From Escherichia coli (lineage in GTDB: Bacteria > Pseudomonadota > Gammaproteobacteria > Enterobacterales > Enterobacteriaceae), in the NCBI RefSeq assembly GCF_022846255.1, contig NZ_AP025682.1: a DNA stretch of 64,000 nucleotides, one strand, 5' to 3'. The position numbers were made by a program, and so were the translations under genes. This document shows, one piece after another, positions 12,694-26,964 of this stretch. Every line of letters starts with the position of its first letter. Positions within the stretch are counted from its first letter, which is position 1. Under the pieces are notes generated by a model. That model worked only from the letters and a program-made list of their open reading frames with translations. It was not told where the DNA came from and ran no database searches.

Positions 12694-12706
12694 CAGCTCA
12701 AGGCTG
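12694..12706. repeat. IS4 target-site duplication, right copy (cagctcaaggctg)
   Basis: Exact 13-bp direct repeat of 11255..11267. Confidence 0.85.
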
Positions 12707-12729
12707 CCGTTTTGTGTTTCAGGTTTCTG

Positions 12730-13467
12730 TTATGTATTGCTGCTGTTTGCGGCGATGATTTTCGCTACTTTTTCAGCTTGCGCATTCATCTGCATCTGAC
12801 GGTATGCATTTTCCATCAGCGGCAGCGCATCACGCGTAGCCTGGGTATCCGGATAGTCGCGCAACATGCCTTCTACGCGGTTAACGACAGCAACCCATGC
12901 ACCACGTTCTGTATAATACTCGGCAACGGAGTATTCATATTTCGCCAGACGATCTTTCAGGAATACCAGACGTTTGGTGGCATCGGTGGTGTACTGACTG
13001 TTCGGATAGCCGCGCACCAGTTTGGAAAAGTCACTAAACGCAGCTCGTGCATGTTGAGGATCGCGATCGCTACGGTCAACGCCAAAGAACCCTTGCAGCG
13101 CACTGTCATCCAGCGCCATATTGGTCAGGCCACGCATGTACATGACATAATCGATATTCGGATGGGTCGGGTTAAGGCGAATAAAACGATCGATGGCAGC
13201 CTGTGCTAACGGCAAATCGGCGTTTTTATAGTAGGCGTAGATGAGATCCAGCTGCACCTGCTGCGAATACGGACCAAACGGATAGCGATTATCTAACGCT
13301 TCCAGTTGCGTTATTGCCTGTCTCCAGTTACCGTCCTGCAGCTTTTGTTGTGCAGTCGCGTAAATTTCATTTGGCGGATTATCAGGTACTTCTTCCTTTG
13401 ACCCCGAGCAACCCGCCAAAAACAGGCTTAGTGTGGCGGCTGCCACCAGATATTTCATGCGCGTCAT
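12730..13467 (-). CDS. bamD: Outer-membrane protein assembly factor BamD/YfiO (245 aa)
   Basis: Lipobox LAGC; TPR-like repeats; [26 protein letters not shown]. Confidence 0.95.
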
Positions 13468-13601
13468 GACGTTTTGACTTTCCTCAAAATGTAATACGGG
13501 AGATTCTCTGTTCCTGCTCCCGGTTAAGACCAGCTACAATAGCACACTATATTAAACGGCAAAGCCGTAAAACCCCAACGATAAACGAAGAAGCAGTATA
13601 T

Positions 13602-14582
13602 ATGGCACAACGAGTACAGCTCACTGCAACGGTGTCCGAAAACCAACTCGGTCAACGCTTAGATCAGGCTTTGGCCGAAATGTTCCCGGATTATTCACGT
13701 TCGCGAATAAAAGAATGGATCCTCGACCAGCGCGTGCTGGTTAACGGCAAAGTTTGTGATAAGCCGAAAGAAAAAGTATTGGGTGGCGAGCAGGTGGCCA
13801 TCAACGCTGAGATTGAAGAAGAAGCGCGTTTTGAACCGCAGGATATCCCGCTGGATATCGTCTATGAAGATGAAGATATCATCGTCATTAATAAACCGCG
13901 CGACCTGGTGGTACATCCTGGCGCGGGTAACCCGGATGGTACGGTACTGAATGCGTTGCTTCATTACTATCCGCCCATTGCCGATGTACCGCGTGCGGGC
14001 ATCGTCCATCGTCTGGATAAAGACACCACCGGCCTGATGGTTGTGGCAAAAACCGTTCCGGCTCAGACGCGTTTAGTCGAATCTTTGCAACGGCGTGAAA
14101 TTACTCGTGAGTATGAAGCGGTGGCAATTGGTCATATGACCGCTGGCGGTACAGTAGATGAACCAATCAGCCGCCACCCGACCAAACGTACTCACATGGC
14201 GGTGCATCCGATGGGTAAACCGGCGGTCACTCACTATCGCATCATGGAACACTTCCGTGTGCACACGCGTCTGCGGTTGCGTCTGGAAACTGGACGTACG
14301 CACCAGATCCGCGTGCATATGGCCCATATCACTCATCCGCTGGTGGGCGATCCGGTTTATGGTGGCCGTCCGCGTCCGCCAAAAGGTGCTTCGGAAGCGT
14401 TTATCTCCACGCTGCGTAAGTTTGACCGCCAGGCGCTTCATGCAACCATGCTGCGTCTTTATCACCCGATCTCCGGTATCGAAATGGAATGGCATGCGCC
14501 TATTCCACAAGATATGGTGGAGCTGATTGAGGTGATGCGCGCCGATTTCGAAGAGCATAAGGATGAAGTGGACTGGTTATGA
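13602..14582 (+). CDS. rluD: 23S rRNA pseudouridine synthase RluD (326 aa)
   Basis: S4 domain N-terminus; catalytic HRLDKDTTG motif. Confidence 0.95.
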   Translation: MAQRVQLTATVSENQLGQRLDQALAEMFPDYSRSRIKEWILDQRVLVNGKVCDKPKEKVLGGEQVAINAEIEEEARFEPQDIPLDIVYEDEDIIVINKPRDLVVHPGAGNPDGTVLNALLHYYPPIADVPRAGIVHRLDKDTTGLMVVAKTVPAQTRLVESLQRREITREYEAVAIGHMTAGGTVDEPISRHPTKRTHMAVHPMGKPAVTHYRIMEHFRVHTRLRLRLETGRTHQIRVHMAHITHPLVGDPVYGGRPRPPKGASEAFISTLRKFDRQALHATMLRLYHPISGIEMEWHAPIPQDMVELIEVMRADFEEHKDEVDWL

Positions 14583-15310
14583 GTAAGCTGATTGTCCCGC
14601 AGTGGCCGCTGCCAAAAGGTGTTGCGGCCTGTAGCTCTACCCGTATCGGCGGCGTGAGCTTGCCGCCTTACGACTCTCTCAACCTTGGCGCTCATTGTGG
14701 TGATAACCCGGATCACGTTGAGGAGAATCGCAAGCGACTTTTTGCTGCGGGCAATTTGCCTTCTAAACCGGTCTGGCTTGAGCAGGTACACGGCAAAGAT
14801 GTGCTTAAGCTTACTGGTGAACCTTATGCCTCAAAACGAGCAGATGCCTCTTATAGCAATACGCCCGGCACGGTTTGCGCAGTGATGACTGCCGATTGCC
14901 TCCCTGTGCTGTTTTGCAATCGAGCGGGAACGGAAGTCGCCGCCGCTCATGCTGGCTGGCGTGGACTGTGCGCAGGCGTGCTGGAAGAGACGGTTTCCTG
15001 TTTTGCTGATAATCCGGAAAATATTCTCGCCTGGTTAGGGCCGGCAATTGGTCCACGCGCGTTTGAAGTGGGGGCGGAGGTTCGCGAGGCGTTTATGGCA
15101 GTAGACGCCAAAGCGAGTACAGCTTTCATTCAGCATGGTGATAAGTATCTGGCGGATATTTATCAGCTTGCCCGGCAGCGTCTGGCGAGCGTTGGTGTTG
15201 AACAAATTTTCGGCGGCGACCGTTGTACATATACGGAAAATGAGACTTTCTTCTCTTATCGTCGCGACAAGACCACCGGTCGTATGGCAAGTTTCATTTG
15301 GCTGATATAA
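14579..15310 (+). CDS. pgeF: YfiH/PgeF purine nucleoside phosphorylase-like (polyphenol oxidase family) protein (243 aa)
   Basis: Overlaps the rluD stop by 4 nt; synteny with rluD and clpB. Confidence 0.9.
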   Translation: MSKLIVPQWPLPKGVAACSSTRIGGVSLPPYDSLNLGAHCGDNPDHVEENRKRLFAAGNLPSKPVWLEQVHGKDVLKLTGEPYASKRADASYSNTPGTVCAVMTADCLPVLFCNRAGTEVAAAHAGWRGLCAGVLEETVSCFADNPENILAWLGPAIGPRAFEVGAEVREAFMAVDAKASTAFIQHGDKYLADIYQLARQRLASVGVEQIFGGDRCTYTENETFFSYRRDKTTGRMASFIWLI

Positions 15311-15371
15311 CCTAAAGAATCAAGACGATCCGGTACGCGTGATTTTCTTTTCACATTAATCTGGTCAATAA

Positions 15372-15405
15372 CCTTGAATAATTGAGGGATGACCTCATTT
15401 AATCT
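15372..15405 (+). promoter_or_regulatory. Probable sigma-32 heat-shock promoter of clpB
   Basis: cttgaa (-35-like) and cctcatttaa (-10-like, compare CCCCATNT) about 40 bp upstream of the clpB ATG. Confidence 0.5.
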
Positions 15406-15439
15406 CCAGTAGCAACTTTGATCCGTTATGGGAGGAGTT

Positions 15440-18013
15440 ATGCGTCTGGATCGTCTTACTAATAAATTCCAGCTTGCTCTTGCCGATGCCCAATCACTTG
15501 CACTCGGGCACGACAACCAATTCATCGAACCACTTCATTTAATGAGCGCCCTGCTGAATCAGGAAGGGGGTTCGGTTAGTCCTTTATTAACATCCGCTGG
15601 CATAAATGCTGGCCAGTTGCGCACAGATATCAATCAGGCATTAAATCGTTTACCGCAGGTTGAAGGTACTGGTGGTGATGTCCAGCCATCACAGGATCTG
15701 GTGCGCGTTCTTAATCTTTGCGACAAGCTGGCGCAAAAACGTGGTGATAACTTTATCTCGTCAGAACTGTTCGTTCTGGCGGCACTTGAGTCTCGCGGCA
15801 CGCTGGCCGACATCCTGAAAGCAGCAGGGGCGACCACCGCCAACATTACTCAAGCGATTGAACAAATGCGTGGAGGTGAAAGCGTGAACGATCAAGGTGC
15901 TGAAGACCAACGTCAGGCTTTGAAAAAATATACCATCGACCTTACCGAACGAGCCGAACAAGGCAAACTCGATCCGGTGATTGGTCGTGATGAAGAAATT
16001 CGCCGTACCATTCAGGTGCTGCAACGTCGTACTAAAAATAACCCGGTATTGATTGGTGAACCCGGCGTCGGTAAAACTGCCATCGTTGAAGGTCTGGCGC
16101 AGCGTATTATCAACGGCGAAGTGCCCGAAGGGTTGAAAGGCCGCCGCGTACTGGCGCTGGATATGGGCGCGCTGGTGGCTGGGGCGAAATATCGCGGTGA
16201 GTTTGAAGAACGTTTAAAAGGCGTACTTAACGATCTTGCTAAACAGGAAGGCAACGTCATCCTGTTTATCGACGAATTACATACCATGGTCGGCGCGGGT
16301 AAAGCCGATGGCGCAATGGACGCCGGAAACATGCTGAAACCTGCTCTGGCGCGTGGTGAATTGCACTGCGTAGGTGCCACGACGCTTGACGAATATCGCC
16401 AGTACATCGAAAAAGATGCTGCGCTGGAACGTCGTTTCCAGAAAGTGTTTGTTGCCGAGCCTTCTGTTGAAGATACCATTGCTATTCTGCGTGGCCTGAA
16501 AGAACGTTATGAGCTGCACCACCATGTGCAAATTACTGACCCGGCAATTGTTGCAGCGGCGACGTTGTCTCATCGCTACATTGCTGACCGTCAGCTGCCG
16601 GATAAAGCCATCGACCTGATCGATGAAGCAGCATCCAGCATTCGTATGCAGATTGACTCAAAACCAGAAGAACTCGACCGACTCGATCGTCGTATCATCC
16701 AGCTCAAACTGGAACAACAGGCGTTAATGAAAGAGTCTGATGAAGCCAGTAAAAAACGCCTGGATATGCTCAACGAAGAACTGAGCGACAAAGAACGTCA
16801 GTACTCCGAGTTAGAAGAAGAGTGGAAAGCAGAGAAAGCCTCGCTTTCTGGTACGCAGACCATTAAAGCGGAACTGGAACAGGCGAAAATCGCTATTGAA
16901 CAGGCTCGCCGTGTGGGTGACCTGGCGAGGATGTCTGAACTGCAATACGGCAAAATCCCGGAACTGGAAAAGCAACTGGAAGCCGCAACGCAGCTCGAAG
17001 GCAAAACTATGCGTCTGTTGCGTAATAAAGTGACCGATGCCGAAATTGCTGAAGTGCTGGCGCGTTGGACGGGAATTCCGGTTTCTCGCATGATGGAAAG
17101 CGAGCGCGAAAAACTGCTGCGTATGGAGCAAGAACTGCACCATCGCGTTATTGGTCAGAACGAAGCGGTTGATGCGGTATCTAACGCTATTCGTCGTAGC
17201 CGTGCGGGGCTGGCGGATCCAAATCGCCCGATTGGTTCATTCCTGTTTCTCGGCCCAACGGGTGTGGGGAAAACAGAGCTTTGTAAGGCGCTGGCGAACT
17301 TTATGTTTGATAGCGACGAGGCGATGGTCCGTATCGATATGTCCGAGTTTATGGAGAAACACTCGGTGTCTCGTCTGGTTGGTGCGCCTCCGGGATATGT
17401 TGGTTATGAAGAAGGTGGCTATCTGACCGAAGCGGTGCGTCGTCGTCCGTATTCCGTCATCCTGCTGGATGAAGTGGAAAAAGCGCATCCGGATGTCTTC
17501 AACATTCTGTTGCAGGTACTGGATGATGGGCGTCTGACTGACGGGCAGGGGAGAACGGTCGACTTCCGTAATACGGTCGTCATTATGACCTCTAACCTCG
17601 GTTCCGATCTGATTCAGGAACGTTTTGGTGAACTGGATTATGCGCACATGAAAGAGCTGGTGCTCGGTGTGGTAAGCCATAACTTCCGTCCGGAATTCAT
17701 TAACCGTATCGATGAAGTCGTCGTCTTCCATCCGCTGGGTGAACAACACATTGCGTCGATTGCGCAGATTCAGTTGAAACGTCTGTACAAACGTCTGGAA
17801 GAACGTGGTTATGAAATCCACATTTCTGACGAGGCGCTGAAACTGCTGAGCGAGAACGGTTACGATCCGGTCTATGGTGCACGTCCTCTGAAACGTGCTA
17901 TCCAGCAGCAGATCGAAAACCCGCTGGCACAGCAAATACTGTCTGGTGAATTGGTTCCGGGTAAAGTTATTCGCCTGGAAGTTAATGAAGACCGGATCGT
18001 CGCCGTCCAGTAA
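15440..18013 (+). CDS. clpB: Chaperone/disaggregase ClpB (857 aa); internal GTG at 15884 corresponds to the known ClpB-80 start
   Basis: [24 protein letters not shown]...; two AAA+ modules (GEPGVGKT and GPTGVGKTE Walker A motifs). Confidence 0.96.
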
Positions 18014-18020
18014 TGATAAA

Positions 18021-18045
18021 ACGAGCCTTCGGGGCTCGTTTTTGT
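18021..18045 (+). terminator. clpB rho-independent terminator
   Basis: acgagcc ttcgg ggctcgt followed by TTTTT. Confidence 0.7.
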
Positions 18046-18126
18046 CTATAAGTTAGACGGAAAAGACTATATTAAAGATGTTTTGCCTGAAAAATGAGCG
18101 AACAATAAAGTTTTTATATTTTTTGC

Positions 18127-18273
18127 TTGTCAGGCCGGAATAACTCCCTATAATGCGCCACCACTGACACGGAACAACGGCAAACACGCCGCCGGGTCAG
18201 CGGGGTTCTCCTGAGAACTTCGGCAGAGAAAGCAAAAATAAATGCTTGACTCTGTAGCGGGAAAGCGTATCAT
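18127..18273 (+). promoter_or_regulatory. rRNA operon tandem promoters P1 and P2
   Basis: P1 TTGTCA (18127..18132) with TATAAT (18149..18154); P2 TTGACT (18246..18251) with tatcat at about 18268; boxA-like gctctttaacaa at about 18313. Confidence 0.8.
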
Positions 18274-18452
18274 GCACACCCCGCGCCGCTGAGAAAAAGC
18301 GAAGCGGCACTGCTCTTTAACAATTTATCAGACAATCTGTGTGGGCACTCGAAGATACGGATTCTTGACGTCGCAAGACGAAAAATGAATACCAAGTCTC
18401 TGAGTGAACACGTAATTCATTACGAAGTTTAATTCACGAGCATCAAACTTTT

Positions 18453-19994
<1,542 letters not shown>

Positions 19995-20079
19995 CCTTAA
20001 AGAAGCGTACTTTGCAGTGCTCACACAGATTGTCTGATAGAAAGTGAAAAGCAAGGCGTCTTGCGAAGCAGACTGATAC

Positions 20080-20155
20080 GTCCCCTTCGTCTAGAGGCCC
20101 AGGACACCGCCCTTTCACGGCGGTAACAGGGGTTCGAATCCCCTAGGGGACGCCA
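20080..20155 (+). tRNA. gltW: tRNA-Glu (anticodon UUC), spacer tRNA of the rRNA operon
   Basis: gtccccttcgtctagaggcccaggacaccgccctttcacggcggtaacaggggttcgaatcccctaggggacgcca; ends in encoded CCA. Confidence 0.95.
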
Positions 20156-20387
20156 AGCGTTAACTGATGAGGTCAAACCTCCCAGGGGACGCCACTTGCT
20201 GGTTTGTGAGTGAAAGTCACCTGCCTTAATATCTCAAAACTCATCTTCGGGTGATGTTTGAGATATTTGCTCTTTAAAAATCTGGATCAAGCTGAAAATT
20301 GAAACACTGAACAACGAGAGTTGTTCGTGAGTCTCTCAAATTTTCGCAACACGATGATGAATCGCAAGAAACATCTTCGGGTTGTGA

Positions 20388-23291
<2,904 letters not shown>

Positions 23292-23389
23292 ACAACGCCG
23301 AAGATGTTTTGGCGGATAGAGAGAAGATTTTCAGCCTGATACAGATTAAATCGACAGGTCATAACGAGACGTGTTGATAAAACAGAATT

Positions 23390-23509
23390 TGCCTGGCGGC
23401 CGTAGCGCGGTGGTCCCACCTGACCCCATGCCGAACTCAGAAGTGAAACGCCGTAGCGCCGATGGTAGTGTGGGGTCTCCCCATGCGAGAGTAGGGAACT
23501 GCCAGGCAT
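23390..23509 (+). rRNA. rrfG: 5S ribosomal RNA (120 nt)
   Basis: tgcctggcggccgtagcgcggtggtcccacctgaccccatgccgaactcag...gggaactgccaggcat. Confidence 0.96.
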
Positions 23510-23521
23510 CAAATTAAGCAG

Positions 23522-23548
23522 AAGGCCATCCGTCAGGATGGCCTTTTT
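23522..23548 (+). terminator. rRNA operon terminator
   Basis: ggccatcc gtca ggatggcc followed by TTTTT. Confidence 0.8.
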
Positions 23549-23831
23549 GCGCTGGTGCAGAAAAAAATGCCTAATGCGATGCTGCGCGTCTTATACTCCC
23601 ACATATGCCAGATTCAGCAACGGATACGGTTTCCCCAACTTGCCTACTTCCATACGTGTCCTCCTTACCAGAAATTTATCCTTAAGCTCCTCAATAACCA
23701 TTTTCCTGCTAACTAAATTCATGGTTAAGGTTGCATAACGATACGCAACAAATGTATAGCATTTTCTTTACCAAAAAAATAAACAACAGCGACCGACAAA
23801 AGCATCGGATTACGGCAGGAGACATAATGGC

Positions 23832-25130
23832 ATGGCTGAAAGTACTGTAACGGCAGACAGCAAACTGACAAGTAGTGATACTCGTCGCCGCATTTGGGCA
23901 ATTGTGGGGGCCTCTTCAGGTAATTTGGTCGAGTGGTTCGATTTCTATGTCTACTCGTTCTGTTCACTCTACTTCGCCCACATCTTCTTCCCTTCCGGGA
24001 ACACGACGACTCAACTACTGCAAACAGCAGGTGTTTTTGCTGCGGGATTTCTGATGCGCCCAATAGGCGGTTGGCTATTTGGTCGCATAGCCGATAAACA
24101 TGGTCGCAAAAAATCGATGCTATTATCGGTGTGTATGATGTGTTTCGGCTCACTGGTTATCGCCTGTTTGCCAGGCTACGAAACAATCGGTACCTGGGCT
24201 CCGGCATTATTGCTTCTCGCTCGTTTATTCCAGGGATTATCCGTTGGCGGAGAATATGGCACCAGCGCCACCTATATGAGTGAAGTTGCCGTTGAAGGGC
24301 GCAAAGGTTTTTACGCATCATTTCAGTATGTGACGTTGATCGGCGGGCAACTGCTAGCCCTACTGGTTGTCGTGGTTTTACAACATACCATGGAAGACGC
24401 AGCACTCAGAGAGTGGGGATGGCGTATTCCTTTCGCGTTAGGAGCTGTGTTAGCTGTTGTGGCGTTGTGGTTACGTCGTCAGTTAGATGAAACTTCGCAA
24501 CAAGAAACGCGCGCTTTAAAAGAAGCTGGATCTCTGAAAGGATTATGGCGCAATCGCCGTGCATTCATCATGGTTCTCGGTTTTACCGCTGCGGGCTCCC
24601 TTTGTTTCTATACCTTCACCACTTATATGCAGAAGTATCTGGTAAATACTGCGGGAATGCATGCCAACGTGGCGAGTGGCATTATGACTGCCGCATTGTT
24701 TGTATTCATGCTTATTCAACCACTTATTGGCGCGCTGTCGGATAAGATTGGTCGCCGTACCTCAATGTTATGTTTCGGTTCTCTGGCAACCATTTTTACC
24801 GTTCCTATTCTCTCAGCATTGCAGAACGTTTCCTCGCCTTATGCCGCTTTTGGTCTGGTGATGTGCGCCCTGCTGATAGTGAGTTTTTATACTTCAATCA
24901 GTGGAATACTGAAGGCTGAGATGTTCCCGGCACAGGTTCGCGCATTAGGCGTTGGTCTGTCATATGCGGTCGCCAATGCTATATTTGGTGGGTCGGCGGA
25001 GTACGTAGCGTTGTCGCTGAAATCAATAGGAATGGAAACAGCCTTCTTCTGGTATGTGACCTTGATGGCCGTGGTGGCGTTTCTGGTTTCACTAACATTG
25101 CACCGTAAAGGAAAAGGGATGCGGCTTTAG
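23832..25130 (+). CDS. kgtP: Alpha-ketoglutarate permease KgtP (MFS transporter, 432 aa)
   Basis: [41 protein letters not shown]; 12-TM MFS profile. Confidence 0.95.
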   Translation: MAESTVTADSKLTSSDTRRRIWAIVGASSGNLVEWFDFYVYSFCSLYFAHIFFPSGNTTTQLLQTAGVFAAGFLMRPIGGWLFGRIADKHGRKKSMLLSVCMMCFGSLVIACLPGYETIGTWAPALLLLARLFQGLSVGGEYGTSATYMSEVAVEGRKGFYASFQYVTLIGGQLLALLVVVVLQHTMEDAALREWGWRIPFALGAVLAVVALWLRRQLDETSQQETRALKEAGSLKGLWRNRRAFIMVLGFTAAGSLCFYTFTTYMQKYLVNTAGMHANVASGIMTAALFVFMLIQPLIGALSDKIGRRTSMLCFGSLATIFTVPILSALQNVSSPYAAFGLVMCALLIVSFYTSISGILKAEMFPAQVRALGVGLSYAVANAIFGGSAEYVALSLKSIGMETAFFWYVTLMAVVAFLVSLTLHRKGKGMRL

Positions 25131-25450
25131 TGACGGGTCAGTTGCCAGACGGTATAGCCGGTGCTTGCACCGGCGATATCCCAGGCAAAATCCTTCCAGC
25201 TCCAGCCGCTCCCCTCAGGGCGGCTATCCCAAAGCTCTTTTGACGCCCCCAGACTGACAGAGAACATCAATCCAAACATGGCACTGCGATCCCGGCTCAT
25301 CCCCTGATGCTGTGAATATTCATTTCCGGCGGCGGAAAGCATCGCCGAGGCGATAAAGTGTTGAGCTTTATCCTGCCCGCTCCAGCTATCGTTAGCCATA
25401 TGGCTGCATCCAGAAAGTAACAATAGCGAACAGACAAAAAGAATACGCAA
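25127..25450 (-). CDS. yfiM: Lipoprotein YfiM (start uncertain: TTG at 25450 with strong GGAGG RBS, or the track start at 25471)
   Basis: [23 protein letters not shown] lipobox; synteny between kgtP and pssA. Confidence 0.8.
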   Translation of the reverse strand: MRILFVCSLLLLSGCSHMANDSWSGQDKAQHFIASAMLSAAGNEYSQHQGMSRDRSAMFGLMFSVSLGASKELWDSRPEGSGWSWKDFAWDIAGASTGYTVWQLTRH

Positions 25451-25495
25451 AACGTGGCCTCCAAAAAACAAACCCCGTACAGGACGGGGTTGTGA

Positions 25496-26851
25496 TTACA
25501 GGATGCGGCTAATTAATCGGTCGATGCGGATACGGCGCAAACGGCGGATGAGTTTACGAACCTTCACCGGATAATCGGCAATACTTTGCAGATCGCGGTA
25601 GTGCTTAACGATGGTGGTATGCTCGCGGATCAGATCCAGTTCTTTCTCTCGCTGTGGCGCAAGCTCCAGTTGCGGATCGTGGATCAAAATGGCGTTTTCC
25701 AGATCCAGACGCCAGGCGCGCGGGTTCAGGTTATTACCGGTGATCAACATCCACTTATCATCAACCCACATCCCTTTCAGGTGATAGGTGTTGTCGTCAT
25801 CTTTCCATAACCGAACCACTAACTGGTCAGTATTGACGTAATACTGCAAACGGCTCAGGAAACGACGCAGATTGATCTCATAGAGATAAGGCAATGCGCC
25901 AATTATCTTGAAAGGTTCATCTTCCGGAATGTAGAAGTCATTCGCGGTTTTATCACCAACAATAATTTCGACCTTTTTCCCTTCGCGCAGCAACTGGATA
26001 ATATTGCGCACAAGGATTGCTGGCAGGTTGAAGTATGGCGTACAGATGGTTAGTTTCTGCTCGGCACAAGGCATAAGATGGAAAATGGTCTTGTTCAACA
26101 GACTCGATTTCCCCAGCCCCACTAGCGGCGTTACGGAAAGCTGATCGTTGTCGGCATCGCCCTGGAAATGATAAGCGGCATCACGCAGCTCCTGGCGGAA
26201 CAGGCGAATGTCGTTCTTGATTTCCGGGCTTTTTGGCCGATTAACATCATCCAGACGATTAACGCCGCGGCCATTCATAATATTCTGTGTAACCCATTCA
26301 AACATAATGTCTGACATCTTACGGTTACGGATCAGATGATAACGGTCGTAGCGATATTTATCGTGCTGATGCAGGTAAACATCGTTCAGGCTGGCACCGC
26401 TATAAAGTACGCTATCGTCGATGATAAAGCCTTTAAAGTGCAGAACACCAAGGGCTTCACGGGTATTGATTGGAACGCCATAAACTGGAACATCTACGCC
26501 CGGATTTTCCTGCGCCATGCGGCAGTACCAGTCAGCGTTAGTGTTAGATGCCGCAGCGCCAATGCGTCCACGTTGTGCACGATGCCAGTCGACCAGCACC
26601 CGTACATCCAGTTCCGGACGCTGCCTTTTAGCCTCATACAACGCGTTCAGAATGCCTTTGCCACCGTCATCCTGTTCGAGATACAGGGCGACAATGCAAA
26701 TGCGCTGCTTCGCGCTGGCTATTTTTTCCAGCAGCGTCTCCCGGAAGTCGGCGGGAGCGTAAAAGAAATCGACATCATCAACTGATTGAGAAATCTTGGG
26801 TAGTTGGGCAAGGTGTTGTTGATGTTTATTACGCTTAAATTTTGACAACAT
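25496..26851 (-). CDS. pssA: Phosphatidylserine synthase PssA (451 aa)
   Basis: MLSKFKRNKHQQHLAQLPKISQSVDDVDFFYAPADFRETLLEKIASAKQRI; two PLD-like HKD regions. Confidence 0.95.
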   Translation of the reverse strand: MLSKFKRNKHQQHLAQLPKISQSVDDVDFFYAPADFRETLLEKIASAKQRICIVALYLEQDDGGKGILNALYEAKRQRPELDVRVLVDWHRAQRGRIGAAASNTNADWYCRMAQENPGVDVPVYGVPINTREALGVLHFKGFIIDDSVLYSGASLNDVYLHQHDKYRYDRYHLIRNRKMSDIMFEWVTQNIMNGRGVNRLDDVNRPKSPEIKNDIRLFRQELRDAAYHFQGDADNDQLSVTPLVGLGKSSLLNKTIFHLMPCAEQKLTICTPYFNLPAILVRNIIQLLREGKKVEIIVGDKTANDFYIPEDEPFKIIGALPYLYEINLRRFLSRLQYYVNTDQLVVRLWKDDDNTYHLKGMWVDDKWMLITGNNLNPRAWRLDLENAILIHDPQLELAPQREKELDLIREHTTIVKHYRDLQSIADYPVKVRKLIRRLRRIRIDRLISRIL

Positions 26852-26964
26852 CACAGTGCATTTCTTCTCTGTTCATTGAAGGGTCCTCTGTGCAATGCAG
26901 ACGACATAAGCGGGCAATAATAACACCAGTCCCGATTAAGTGGTCAACATTTCCAGTACCTTAC

